Of a stretch of DNA of 64,000 bases, positions 47,737-60,175 are shown in pieces. The notes beneath the pieces are model-generated. The model did no database searches. It was not told the origin of the DNA and saw only the letters and a program-made list of their open reading frames with translations. The stretch lies in NCBI GenBank assembly GCA_963793265.1, contig CAWBZI010000007.1, positions 32,001-96,000 on the forward strand, written 5' to 3'. A program made the translations under genes and the position numbers. How positions within the stretch are numbered: position 1 is the stretch's first letter; each line of letters begins with the position of its first letter. The DNA is from an uncultured cyanobacterium (GTDB lineage: Bacteria > Cyanobacteriota > Cyanobacteriia > Phormidesmidales > Phormidesmidaceae).

Positions 47737-48741
47737 TTAGCTTTTAGGCGCATTGGAAAATAGGAGGGCGGCAGTCGCGATCGCTGCCATCCCCAAAACC
47801 GTCACCGGATTCCGACGCGCCCAATCTGAAACACTCGGCACCGTCAGCTCGTTGTAGTCGCCGTCGGCCTGCTCATAGCCGGGCATCGGCTCGAATAGGT
47901 TATCCGGTGCTTGTTCGCTTTTAGGAATATCAGTCGTTTGCCCCTTAAACCCAAGCGGTGTGGTTAATAGGCGATCAAGCAGACCTGGCGCAAGTCTTTG
48001 GGCAATATCTAAAACTCTACCAACGTCGCCAACGATATAGTCGCGCGTAGGATGCTCAGCGGCATATAGAATAGCCGCGACAACGAGCTGAGGATCGTAG
48101 TAAGGCGGTACGCCAGTCGGCTTGTATCCAACTTTTGTGCGAGCGTGGTTATAGAAAGGCGTATTAATCACAGCAGGCTTGATACTAGCAACGTTGATGT
48201 TTGCGCCCTCATGCTGCAATTCAACGCGAATTGATTCGAGAAAGCCTTCTACGCCATGTTTGGCAGTCGAATAGGCGCTTTGCAACGGAATCGAACGAAT
48301 GCCTTCTACTGAAGAAATAGAGATAAATGAACCCTGACCTTCTTTTTTGAGATGTGGCAGTGCGGCCTTTGCGCCGTAGACCTGGCCCATAAGGGTCACA
48401 TCAATCACCCGGCGGAATTCATCTAAATCTGTGTCGCTAAAAGGGGCAACAATGCCAACGGCTGCGTTTTGAACCCAGGTGTCAATGCGTCCGAAGATAG
48501 CTATGGCGGTTTGGGCGATCGCCTCTACCTGCTCAAAGTCAGCCACATCAGCCACCACTGATACCGCCTCGCCCCCCTGCGCCTTGATCTGTTTAACCAG
48601 CGAATCTAAGGCGTGCTGATTACGCGCTGCGGCCACCACCTTAGCGCCTTGCTTAGCAAAGTCTAGGGCAGCGCCTCGTCCAATGCCGGTAGAAGCGCCG
48701 ACGATAACAACAACTTGTTGACTGATTGGCTTGAGATTCAT
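47737..48741 (-). CDS. Short-chain dehydrogenase/reductase
   Basis: GASTGIG, YSTAK. Confidence 0.92.
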   Translation of the reverse strand: MNLKPISQQVVVIVGASTGIGRGAALDFAKQGAKVVAAARNQHALDSLVKQIKAQGGEAVSVVADVADFEQVEAIAQTAIAIFGRIDTWVQNAAVGIVAPFSDTDLDEFRRVIDVTLMGQVYGAKAALPHLKKEGQGSFISISSVEGIRSIPLQSAYSTAKHGVEGFLESIRVELQHEGANINVASIKPAVINTPFYNHARTKVGYKPTGVPPYYDPQLVVAAILYAAEHPTRDYIVGDVGRVLDIAQRLAPGLLDRLLTTPLGFKGQTTDIPKSEQAPDNLFEPMPGYEQADGDYNELTVPSVSDWARRNPVTVLGMAAIATAALLFSNAPKS

Positions 48742-48768
48742 AAGACAATTTTGAGGAGGTTAAAGAGA

Positions 48769-49329
48769 TTATGGAATTTGAGTTTCGCCAGGGCCGACGA
48801 TGCCGACCTTGTGGCGAAAGGTGAGTTCTCCGCCGTACCAGCCGCTGATCATCAACAGCGCGGCGACGATTAAAGAGAGAGTAATGCCAAAAGGTAAGAT
48901 GATAGCGTTTGTACCGATTAGACGAAGGCCAAAGTTAACCAGCGTTAGCGCCAGTACGCCAACGTTCAGCCACATGTGCGCCCAGCCTGCGCGGCGGTTG
49001 CGGACTCTCGGAATGCGAATAAAGTCAAACATGCCGATGATGGCGGCGGCGATCGCCGTTAATAATCCTGCCCCCAGTAGCCACACCGAAGCCTGCGCCC
49101 AAAACTCTCCTTTTGTAAGCCAGTAGCCCAAATCTGTGCCAGCAACTGTGCTTAAAAACGCAACGGGGAAGATGACAATAACCGGGTGGATAGGATGGCC
49201 TAATATAGCGACTGAGCTAGTGATGCCGGTGTCTCTATATTCTGTTTCACGGCTATCAATCAGCGGTGGAACGTTAGGATAGGGCGTGCCGGTGTCGTTT
49301 GAGTCGGAGCGAGTTTGTGAGGTTGTCAT
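48769..49329 (-). CDS. DUF2231 membrane protein
   Basis: GHPIHP..V.FP, four TM helices, GWYGGEL.F.H.VG. Confidence 0.85.
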   Translation of the reverse strand: MTTSQTRSDSNDTGTPYPNVPPLIDSRETEYRDTGITSSVAILGHPIHPVIVIFPVAFLSTVAGTDLGYWLTKGEFWAQASVWLLGAGLLTAIAAAIIGMFDFIRIPRVRNRRAGWAHMWLNVGVLALTLVNFGLRLIGTNAIILPFGITLSLIVAALLMISGWYGGELTFRHKVGIVGPGETQIP

Positions 49330-49540
49330 GTTAAGAAGGCTGCTTACGATGGACAACGGGCTTGAGTTGCTATGGTAGAAACTTTCTAGAAGTGCTTGCT
49401 CTACCTACAGAGCTAAGCGGTTAGCATCATCAGGCGTGAAGGCGATCGCACCCATACCTTCCTTAAGACGTGCCGAAAGAGAATTGTCGTGCGATCGCCA
49501 CTTTGATACACAATAAGGACAATCACTTAAAGGCCAAATT

Positions 49541-50131
49541 ATGAAATTCTTTGAAAAGCCCGGTGCCGACGTAGCCGATCGTGTTCCGCCTGGTCAACAT
49601 CTTGCCAAAGGCTTTCCAGTACTCACCTATGGCGACACGCCGCAAATTAGCACAAACGACTGGCAGTTTACGGTGTCGGGCTTAGCCACCCCCAAGACGT
49701 TTTCCTGGCAAGACTTTATGGACATGCCGCAAAGTGAATTTACCGCTGACTTTCACTGCGTCACCACCTGGAGCAAGCTGGATGTGAAATGGCAGGGTAT
49801 AAAAGTAACAGATTTTTTGAAAGCTATTGAAGTTGATCCGAAAGCAGCTCATGTGATGGAGCACTGCTACGGCGACTACACGACTAACATTTCAATGGAA
49901 GATTTTGCTAGAGAAGAGAATTTCTTCGCCCATACGCTGTTTGGCGAACCTTTACCGGCTGAGCACGGCGGGCCAATGCGACTTGTTGTTCCTCATTTGT
50001 ATGCGTGGAAGAGCGCGAAATGGATTAATGGACTGGAGTTTTTGGCAGAGATGGAGCTGGGATTTTGGGAGCGTAATGGCTATCACAAGCGCGGTGAGCC
50101 TTTTTCAGAAGAGAGATATAGCGATCGCTAA
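49541..50131 (+). CDS. Sulfite oxidase-like molybdopterin oxidoreductase
   Basis: DFHCVTTWS, EHGGPMRLVVP.LYAWKSAKW, GFWE.NGYH. Confidence 0.9.
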   Translation: MKFFEKPGADVADRVPPGQHLAKGFPVLTYGDTPQISTNDWQFTVSGLATPKTFSWQDFMDMPQSEFTADFHCVTTWSKLDVKWQGIKVTDFLKAIEVDPKAAHVMEHCYGDYTTNISMEDFAREENFFAHTLFGEPLPAEHGGPMRLVVPHLYAWKSAKWINGLEFLAEMELGFWERNGYHKRGEPFSEERYSDR

Positions 50132-50240
50132 TACGGTAGATTTGTTTGCGTAACGATATAAGGGTTAGCAGGCAGTTGCTAAGGCTGGGAAATATAGGGG
50201 TGACGGTTTTTGCGCGATCGCCCATTCCCTCCCATTCCCT

Positions 50241-51017
50241 ATGGCTACCTTCGATCTCAACAGCACCATTCCCATTCTCTCTAGCCTACCACCCGAGGCC
50301 CGAGACTGGCTCACTAGCTTGCCCTGGCAGCAGCGTCGCTACGTCCTTTCACTGTGTCATTTAGCCTGCGCAACGCCCTCAGCCCAGCAGGCCGAATTTT
50401 TAGATGCTTACACGGCTGAAGGTCTGCTGTCGAGAATTGTAGATGATGCTGATACGCGGCAAAGGGTGAATGAGCACCTGGCGCGCTTTCGTAGCGATGC
50501 TGAAATTGACGATGCCACCGTGAGGAAATATATTCGTCAGGTGTATGTGCATTCTGTTCAAGATGCTCGGCAGCGGCCCGATCTGTATTTAGAAACCGCG
50601 CTCATGCTAATGGGTAGCGCTCAGGAGCACAGCAGCGTACTCAGCTACATATTAGGTTTTGAAATCTTGAAACTGTTGTTTGATATGAGCTGGGCGCAGC
50701 ACGAACGACTCTATCATTTGCAGCCCAATCAAGACGAATTTACACGCGAGTTCATTCGCCCTGTACAGCAGGCCCACAAACGCTACGGCATTGTAAAACC
50801 CAGGGACGAAAAGAACTTTTTCGCCCGCCGCGATTACTTTATCCAACAGCCTAAAATTCACCGACAGCGGATAGTCGGCCTGATTATTGAATTCTTTACC
50901 GCTAATAAAATTATTGAGCTAGGGTTTTCAGTTCTTCGTCACCCCAACGCCATCCATTTTGACTACGAATATATATACGCACCTGATGATGCCGCGTTAG
51001 GAAGCCCCCATAAATAA
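50241..51017 (+). CDS. Conserved cyanobacterial hypothetical protein
   Basis: 258-aa ORF; LPWQQRRYVLSLCH motif; function not evident. Confidence 0.7.
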   Translation: MATFDLNSTIPILSSLPPEARDWLTSLPWQQRRYVLSLCHLACATPSAQQAEFLDAYTAEGLLSRIVDDADTRQRVNEHLARFRSDAEIDDATVRKYIRQVYVHSVQDARQRPDLYLETALMLMGSAQEHSSVLSYILGFEILKLLFDMSWAQHERLYHLQPNQDEFTREFIRPVQQAHKRYGIVKPRDEKNFFARRDYFIQQPKIHRQRIVGLIIEFFTANKIIELGFSVLRHPNAIHFDYEYIYAPDDAALGSPHK

Positions 51018-51039
51018 ATTGTAGGGGTGTCATATCTCA

Positions 51040-52131
51040 CTAGCTAGCCTTTCGTCTAAAAAAGGGTTTCTTCGCAGTCTTTGGAGCCTCACTACTAAAT
51101 CTTTCCATAGGCGTCACGTCTACCTGTAGCGACACCGGACGATTCAGCTCCTGAGAGAGCAAATTGCGAACGACATCGACTTGACTGGCTGAAATAGTAT
51201 CAGGAACAGCCTCTACCCCTAAGTCAACCGCAACCGTCTTGCCCTCTTTTTGAACAGAAAGAGAATTGATTTTAGCGTTTGCAAACGTCTCACTGCGGCG
51301 GCGAATAACATCGTTGACCGTTATGCTAGCCTGCTTTGTGAGCACCAAGTCCTGAAAAGAAAAGCTCAGCGGAATACCTAAACATAGCAGCGTAACAATC
51401 GCGACTGTCATACCGCGTTTTGCTCGTTCGATTGAGCCGTAGCGCTGCGCCAAAAAGACCAGTCCGCCGCTGAAGATGATGCCTGCCAGGTTCGTTAAGA
51501 ACAACAGCAGTGCGCCAGAAAATACCTGCCAGGAGGCAAAGGCAATGCCGACACCGACCACGCTTAGCGGTGGGACTAACGCAACTGCGATCGCAACCCC
51601 CGGTAGCGCATCCGAAATCCCTCTACGAGACTTCGCCAGCGCCCCCGTAGCACCTGCCGCTAAAGCAACTCCCAAATCTATCAGCGTCGGCCTAGTTCGC
51701 GCTGAAATCTCAGCCGTCAGCGAATCGATCCCCACAACATTAGAAATAATAGCCGCTGTCACAATCGTCAGCAGTGCGCCAAGCACCAAAGACAGGCTCG
51801 CCCGCTTCAGCAGCCTGCGGTTAGCCATCACGATTGCAAACGACATGCCCTCGATTGGGCCCATCAAAGGCGCAACAATCATCGCTCCAATGACCGTAGC
51901 GCTGCTGTTAGACAATAATCCTAACGTCGCAATGGTGCCTGAAAAGAACAACAACAGATAATAGTTAGAAGAAGATTCAGCACTTCGCCATAGGCTACGG
52001 TTGAGGCTAGGCAGTGGGACGGCTCTTGTTTCCATCCAGTGCCAGTTGCCCTTATTTCGCTCTTTTAGCGAAACCACTTGACGAGAACTCCAGGCAAATA
52101 AATTCTTACTAATAGTAGCTAACATACACAA
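51040..52131 (-). CDS. DUF389 (TIGR00341) membrane protein
   Basis: VIGAMIVAPLMGPI, LPGVAIAVALVPPL. Confidence 0.9.
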   Translation of the reverse strand: MCMLATISKNLFAWSSRQVVSLKERNKGNWHWMETRAVPLPSLNRSLWRSAESSSNYYLLLFFSGTIATLGLLSNSSATVIGAMIVAPLMGPIEGMSFAIVMANRRLLKRASLSLVLGALLTIVTAAIISNVVGIDSLTAEISARTRPTLIDLGVALAAGATGALAKSRRGISDALPGVAIAVALVPPLSVVGVGIAFASWQVFSGALLLFLTNLAGIIFSGGLVFLAQRYGSIERAKRGMTVAIVTLLCLGIPLSFSFQDLVLTKQASITVNDVIRRRSETFANAKINSLSVQKEGKTVAVDLGVEAVPDTISASQVDVVRNLLSQELNRPVSLQVDVTPMERFSSEAPKTAKKPFFRRKAS

Positions 52132-52325
52132 AAAATCCTCAAGGGGTGCGCGAAGCGATAAAGAAGATGAGGCAATGCCGTTGCTACCGGCTATATAAGT
52201 ACGGCTACAGAGAGCTATACGCTAAAAGAAAGCATCCGAAACGCGAGCACAGAAAACCGTGCTCATGAAAGAGTATACAAGTATTTACTTTTGTTAAACT
52301 ATCTAACTTGAGAGGTATTTGCGGC

Positions 52326-53285
52326 TTAGCAGCGAATAGGCGGTACGCTTGGCCCTGCGTTGATGCGGTTCAAACCTTCCAGGTTTAGCAGTGTGCTGTC
52401 GTAGCGGACGATGTTGGCTTCCTGCCTACTACCCACTTGGCGACCTCGGCGGAGCTTTAGGCGATCGCTAGCATTAAAGCTCTCAAACGTCTCACCTGTG
52501 CTAATAGGAACTGCACCTGGCGCTGCTTGAACCGAAATACCCGTCACGGTGTCTCCGTTGATTTGCCCCTGTACGCAGATGGTTTCGTCATTGACGTAGC
52601 CAAATATACCCGTGAAGTTGTTGCCTTGCTTTTTAAATCTCACAACTAGGGTACGCTCACCGCTAGCTAAAAGATCGTCATCTGAAACAATGCCATCTGT
52701 AGGTGAGCCATTCCAATAGCGATAGTTACCATCTGGCAAGCTACTGACAGTGGGTTGATTGGCAGCTACGGGTCTATCAATCACCTCGGCTTCGGTGATG
52801 ATAGTCGCGGCCTCGCTCCTACCGCAGTCTACGTCTCCCCGGCAAGAATAAGGCAGAATGTTTGCAGAACCGTAGGTGAGCCGAACCGTGGCCCCTTCTA
52901 GATCTTGGTTGCAAATTGAGAAGTCGGCAAGCTGTACAAATGTGTTGCTCTCGGCATCTGTTAGGCCGACGTAGCACGTGCGATCGCCCGCTTCTAATCT
53001 AGTAATCGTGCCTGTTTCTGGCGATGGCAGCACCGCTAGCTGAGTGACTTCGCGCGTAAGCTGAATTCTGTTACCGACGAGAACTTGCTCGCAGGTTGCA
53101 GCGTCCGTGACTTCTGTTGTGGTTTGGCCTTCACTGGTCAGGGTGATGGTGCAGCGATCGCCCTCAACCTCCAAGCCTAAAACGCTCCCCGTAAACGTTT
53201 GCTGTGCGCGAACAGTTTGAGCCGTCACCAAAACAGTGCCCAGCGCGACCAATGCAAAAGTCTTTATCTTTATTTGAATACTCAT
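52326..53285 (-). CDS. Secreted hypothetical protein
   Basis: Signal peptide (VRA-Q), duplicated GDR.C unit, LPDGNYRYW. Confidence 0.7.
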   Translation of the reverse strand: MSIQIKIKTFALVALGTVLVTAQTVRAQQTFTGSVLGLEVEGDRCTITLTSEGQTTTEVTDAATCEQVLVGNRIQLTREVTQLAVLPSPETGTITRLEAGDRTCYVGLTDAESNTFVQLADFSICNQDLEGATVRLTYGSANILPYSCRGDVDCGRSEAATIITEAEVIDRPVAANQPTVSSLPDGNYRYWNGSPTDGIVSDDDLLASGERTLVVRFKKQGNNFTGIFGYVNDETICVQGQINGDTVTGISVQAAPGAVPISTGETFESFNASDRLKLRRGRQVGSRQEANIVRYDSTLLNLEGLNRINAGPSVPPIRC

Positions 53286-53311
53286 TATTTAATAGATGAC
53301 TGCAACAAACG

Positions 53312-53348
53312 AAAAACCGTCCAAGAGCAGCATAGCCTTGAACGGTTT
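53312..53348 (-). terminator. Rho-independent terminator of eno
   Basis: Minus strand AAACCGTTCAAG...CTTGGACGGTTTTT. Confidence 0.65.
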
Positions 53349-53387
53349 ATTCTTTGATGTTCAGTTGTCTAAACGTTATATTTTGGC

Positions 53388-54740
<1,353 letters not shown>

Positions 54741-54793
54741 TCACGTCAAAATAGACCATATACAGAATAGGGCACAACGAGAGGATCAGTACA

Positions 54794-55180
54794 ATGCGCT
54801 TACTACACACGATGTTACGAGTCGGTAACTTAGAAAAATCGCTGGCTTTTTACTGCGACGTGCTGGGTATGAAACGCCTGCGCCAAAAGGATTACCCCGG
54901 CGGCAAGTTCACCAATGCCTTCGTCGGCTATGGCGATGAGGCTGACCATACGGTGCTAGAGCTGACGCACAACTGGGAAACCGATAGCTACGATTTGGGC
55001 GACGGCTACGGTCATATTGCGCTGGGCGTGGAGGATATCTATGCGACCTGTGAGGCGATTCGGAAGCAGGGGGGCAATGTGACGCGGGAGCCAGGGCCGA
55101 TGAAGCACGGCACGACGGTGATTGCGTTTGTGACTGACCCTGATGGCTATAAGATTGAGCTGATTGAGGGACGGGGGTAA
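54794..55180 (+). CDS. gloA: Lactoylglutathione lyase (glyoxalase I)
   Basis: [28 protein letters not shown]. Confidence 0.96.
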   Translation: MRLLHTMLRVGNLEKSLAFYCDVLGMKRLRQKDYPGGKFTNAFVGYGDEADHTVLELTHNWETDSYDLGDGYGHIALGVEDIYATCEAIRKQGGNVTREPGPMKHGTTVIAFVTDPDGYKIELIEGRG

Positions 55181-55218
55181 GATACGGCGACTAAGTAGAA
55201 GTGATCATTATGCGGCCA

Positions 55219-55611
55219 TCAGCAGCACTGGCTTATAACCATTTCTACATGTCTGTATAGAACTTGAACCTGGTCGATCGACTGCTCCCGATCGACCGCG
55301 CTGTCTTCTTCAATCATGTCTGCGTATCGTAGCTGAACTGCAAAAGGCGCAAAGTCTGCTAGCTGACGATACTCGGAAACGTCGCAGTCTAGGTCTTCTA
55401 AAAGCTGAAGTAGTAAATCTAAATTGTGAGTGAGCGGATAGACCTGGCCTAATGCTGACAGCCAAGCCTTCAGAAGTTTCTCTACGGCTTGCTGTACATG
55501 AAATCCAAATATCTCATCTACGAATATATCGGCATCTAGCATTCCAGCCAATGCTCTTAGGTCGCGCTGAGCAATGCCTAAAAGGTTTCTCGCCTGGTTA
55601 ATGTCGCTCAT
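55219..55611 (-). CDS. HEPN domain protein (partner of MNT)
   Basis: FHVQQAVEK.LKA.L, P.THNL, LRY; ATG 55611 overlaps the MNT stop. Confidence 0.85.
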   Translation of the reverse strand: MSDINQARNLLGIAQRDLRALAGMLDADIFVDEIFGFHVQQAVEKLLKAWLSALGQVYPLTHNLDLLLQLLEDLDCDVSEYRQLADFAPFAVQLRYADMIEEDSAVDREQSIDQVQVLYRHVEMVISQCC

Positions 55612-55969
55612 ACAAGACGGTTCCTTCTCGCAGGGCTCGGCCAATGACGTGATTGAGGCTCAAGCTCCAGTAATCCACTTCATCGATACTGTGAATCAAA
55701 AGGTCAATTGAAACCCTGAATGAAGCCAGCGCACGGGAAACTTTCGATATTTCTTGGCGGCGGCTGCGGTCTTTACCAAAAGGGTTAGCATCAATGATTA
55801 AAAAGTCATAGTCGGCATCGTCTTTCGCTGTTCCCTTTGCTCTAGAGCCAAAAAGGATGACTTTCTCGGGCTTCGTTACCTCAACGATAACCCTAACCAT
55901 TTGCTCTAGCATTGGCTGAACATTTGGTAGTTGGGTATTAGGCTGTTCGTTATCTATGTGGGCAATCAT
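55598..55969 (-). CDS. Minimal nucleotidyltransferase (MNT)
   Basis: ILFGSRAKG......DYDFLII; EG.VLYE. Confidence 0.88.
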   Translation of the reverse strand: MIAHIDNEQPNTQLPNVQPMLEQMVRVIVEVTKPEKVILFGSRAKGTAKDDADYDFLIIDANPFGKDRSRRQEISKVSRALASFRVSIDLLIHSIDEVDYWSLSLNHVIGRALREGTVLYERH

Positions 55970-56117
55970 TGGATATGAGCTGATGCTGCGTCTATTTATA
56001 CCAGGGTATTGTTGGGGGCATTACGCGATCGCTTGCATCCATACTACTATGCTCACAGAATAGGCGGTTCTGGCAAACGCTACACTTGTCTCTTAGTAAC
56101 CATCTGGATGTATAAGC

Positions 56118-59100
56118 ATGGTCGAGCTTAGCAAACTTATTCCGATCGTTTTAAAGCTTGTGGCAAGTGGCATAAAAGCACCGCTGCAAAAAAATACGAC
56201 CTTGATTAAAGCGCTGAAAAAGGCGGGCTGGAATCGAGAGCATCCACCGGCTGACTTTAGTAGTATTTATGCGCATACCATAGTGGAATATGCTTTAGGC
56301 GGAGAGGTTGTTAAGACGGAGCCTCTTGTTAAACTATTTGGTGAGCCTGAAATTAAGCAGGCTTTTCGTACAGCCTTTGATCATGGCGATTTAACGCCGC
56401 TTGTAAAAGCCTTCGATCAGCGGCTCAACTGGCAGGATGAGGATGACGACTGGAACTTTGCAGCGTAGGCTATCCGTGATGAAGGTATTGATATTCAACA
56501 GGAGGTTGATAGCTTTCACCATTTGTTTTTGAAGGTAGTGGAGCTGAGTGAAACGCCTAAAGAACGTTATCAGACGCTATTGATAACCGACTTGCAACAG
56601 CGTTTAAGTCAGATAGAACTGAAGCCTATTCAGGAAGAACAGCTTTGTGCGGCTAGAGAGCTAGCAGATCAGCTAAATGGCTGGTTCAAGTCGCTGAAGT
56701 ATGGCCGTGAGTCTTACGAATGCGTCGAAGAACTGTACTGTGAGTGGATTATTACAATTCCTGCACGAAGAGGGTTTGACCGAATTTTAGTGCGTTGTAT
56801 TGAAGGAGAGGCTGGACTCTCTCATATTCAGGATTTACGAACATCTTTTGAACATCACAAGCCAGATGAGGGCTGGCTAGTTTCTACAAGACGGATTAGT
56901 TCTGCTGTAAAGGAACGATTGGAAGATCGCTCATATCGAGGGATTTATTGCTACACCCTGGATGATGTTATCGATCAGGTAGCTGATTTTAGCAAGTATC
57001 TAGAGTGGCTAGAAGCTGAGATAACCACGAGAGGCATTGATACCGACTATATTTCGTTGGGATGCACTAAAGAGGAGATTGATCCGAAGACTAAGGCACC
57101 TTTAGGAATTAGCCGCTATGGAGAGGATGAAGGCTGGATCGAAGGATATGTAGGCCAGTGGCTAGCGGATTCTTCTAAGGAGCATCTGTCGGTATTAGGA
57201 GAGTTTGGCACGGGAAAGACTTGGTTTGTGATGCACTATGCCTGGCTAGCTTTGCAGGAGTATAAGGTGGCAAAAGAGAGAGGTGTAGCGCGGCCTCGAC
57301 TACCCCTGGTGGTTCCGCTGCGTGACTATGCAAAGGCGGTCAGTATGGAGTCGCTGTTTTCGGAGTTTTTCTTTCGGAAGCATGAGATTCCGCTACCGGG
57401 GTACACGGCGTTTGAGCAGCTAAACAAGATGGGCAAGCTGCTGCTGATTTTCGATGGATTTGATGAAATGGCGGCAAGGGTGGACTTGCAGTCTATGGTT
57501 GATAACTTTTGGGAAATGGCGCGGGTGGTGGTGCCGGGGGCTAAGGCAATACTCACCTGTCGTACGGAGCATTTTCCAGATGCTATTGAGGGGCGGGCAA
57601 CACTGAGCGCAGAGAAAAAAGCTTCGACCGCAAATTTGACGGGGGAGCCGCCGCAGTTTGAGGTGTTGGAGCTAGTGAAGTTTAATGATGAGCAGATTGC
57701 TGAGCTGTTGACGCAAAAGGTGCAGCGAATTGCAGCGGCAGAAGGCCGTGAATCTAGGCCGGAGACGATACAGAAGGTGATGGGTAACGCACAGCTATTG
57801 GACTTAGCGCGGCGTCCGGTGATGGTGGATTTGATATTGGAGGCGCTGCCGGACATTGAGGCGGGGAAGCCGGTGGATATGGCGCGGGTGTATTTGTATG
57901 CGGTGACGCGCAAGATGCAGACGGATATTCGCAGCGAGCGGACGTTTACATCGCTGGCGGATAAGCTTTACTTTTTGTGTGAGCTGTCTTGGGAGATGCT
58001 GTCTACCAATCAGATGAGCTTGAACTATCGAGCGTTTCCTGAGAAGTTGCAGCAGATGTTTGCAGGTCGAGTAAATAAAGAGAAGGAGCTGGATCACTGG
58101 CGCTACGACATGATGGGTCAGACGATGCTGATTCGGAACTCGGAAGGAGACTATAGTCCGGCGCATCGGTCGCTGTTAGAGTTTTTTGTGGCGTATAAGA
58201 TTGTTGCTTCGCTAGGGGCGATGGCTGAGGACTTTTTAGAAGTTGCGCAGGATCAGTCGCATTTGCATAAGACGCTGCCGAGTCAGGACTATATTTGGGA
58301 CGGCTACTTTAAAAGAGAGTGTGATGAAAATGGTGAGCCAATAGAGATAGCACGGCTAGGTGAGTTTGTAGGCATAGGGTTTGATGCACTGTTACCGTTG
58401 CTAGGACAAGCGAAGCTCGCAAAGGCAGTACTGGACTTAGCGCATCCTATGTTGGATGGAGCGACAATGAGAGAAAGGTTGCTACCGTTGTTGCAAGCGA
58501 CTGCGAACAAAACAATGCAGGAAAGCGGCTATCTGGGTGGGAATGCAGCGCAGCTCATGCTAGCCAAAACGTCTCATGCGCTAATAGATGCTGACTTGCA
58601 CGGAGCTAAGTTGCAAGGCGTGGACTTTACCAAAACTTTTTTACGCCGGGTGAGCTTGCAGGGGGCGCAGCTAGCTGAGGCTCCTTTTTCCAAGGTATTG
58701 AGCGCTGTTAATTCTGTTGCATATAGTCCAGATGGGCTCCATTTGGCAATTAGCGATGATAAGGGCGTCTTACAGGTTTGGGAGATTGCAACAGGGCAGG
58801 TAGCTTTGTTTTGCATGGGACATACGGCAGCCATACAATCGGTGGTGTACCGCCCCGATGGGCGGCAGCTTGCAACGGGTAGTGATGACAGCACAGTGAA
58901 GCTATGGAACCCTGAGACAGGCACCTGCACCCGCACACTCGAAGGCCATGGGGATTTGGTTAGGTCGGTGGTGTACCGCCCTGATGGGCAGCAGCTTGCA
59001 ACGGGTAGTGATGACAGTACAGTGAAGCTATGGAACCCTGAGACAGGCACCTGCATCGCACACTCGAAGGCCATGGGGATTTGGTTAGGTCGGTGGTGTA

Positions 59101-59803
59101 CCGCCCTGATGGGCAGCAGCTTGCAACGGGTAGTGATGACAGTACAGTGAAGCTATGGAACCCTGAGACAGGCACCTGCACTCACACACTTGAAGGCCAT
59201 GAGAATTGGGTTTTGTCAGTGGTGTACCGCCCTGATGGGCAGCAGCTTGCAACGGGCAGCTACGACAACACGGTGAAGCTATGGAACCCTGAAACAGGCA
59301 CCTGCACCCGCACACTCGAAGGCCATGAAAGTTCGGTTTCGTCAGTGGTGTACCGCCCTGATGGACAGCAGCTTGCAACGGGCAGTACTGACAACACGGT
59401 GAAGCTATGGAACCTAGAGACAAGCACCTGCATTCACACACTCGAAGGCCATGAGGATTGGGTTAGGTCGGTGGTGTACCGCCCCGATGGGCAGCAGCTT
59501 GCAACGGGCAGCTACGACAACAAGGTGAAGCTATGGAACCCTGAAACAGGCACCTGCACCCGCACACTTGAAGGCCATGAGAGTTGTGTTTCGTCAGTGG
59601 TGTACCGCCCCGATGGGCAGCAGCTTGCGACAGGCAGTGACGACAATACTATTCGTATCTGGGACGCGAATACGGGCGAGTGCCTGCGCGTAATGGACGA
59701 TCACGTGTGCGCAGGGCTAAACATTACAGGCACGGTGGGCCTTAGTGAGGGACAGCGTACGGCGCTGAAGCTAATGGGGGCAATAGATGAAGGCGACGAA
59801 TGA
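56118..59803 (+). pseudogene. NLR-like STAND protein (helical N-terminus, REase-like domain, NACHT, pentapeptide, WD40) interrupted by TAG at 56466-56468 and a frameshift near 59056
   Basis: The frame stays open through the TAG (AIRDEGIDIQQEVDSFHHLFLKV); Walker A GEFGTGKT, Walker B LLIFDGFDEM; WD40 continues in another frame; repaired length about 1228 aa. Confidence 0.85.
58818..59690 (+). repeat. Tandem array of seven near-identical 126-bp WD40-coding repeats
   Basis: Unit GAAGGCCAT...GTGGTGTACCGCCC[CT]GATGG.CAGCAGCTTGCAACGGG...GTGAAGCTATGGAACC. Confidence 0.95.
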
Positions 59804-60086
59804 TGGCGATCACACCAGGATTCCAAACGATGCCAACATTCCACTAGCCAAGCTAACTCGCTATCTATCAGTACAGCGCGATCACAATGACAAATCTAAA
59901 TTCTTAGCTCAAGCGGGTTTCACTCCTGACAATCACGAAGCTTTAGACAGCGCATTAGGCGAGCTAATTGTGGCTGTCAAAGCGGCTGAGAAGCGCACAG
60001 ATGAGCACGGTACGCTTTACCAGGCGACAGGCTGCTTAAAGGGAGTCAGTGGCGTCAGCCTTATCGTTGTCACGGTTTGGCTATAG
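59787..60086 (+). pseudogene. DUF6883-like protein, apparently C-terminally truncated
   Basis: IP.AKLTRYL, DKSKFLAQAGFT, EHGT.Y, VVTVWL then stop. Confidence 0.55.
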
Positions 60087-60175
60087 TCTCATGATATGGA
60101 TAACGAACTCTCTAAAGCCGTCGAAGCCTGCATAGCGATCGCTCTAGCGTGTCGTTGCCGTTACCCCCTTGCAGG

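Noticed and set aside
58818..59690. Regular direct repeats as a possible CRISPR array
   Set aside because: Units are 126 bp, in-frame WD40 coding, with no unique spacers and no cas genes
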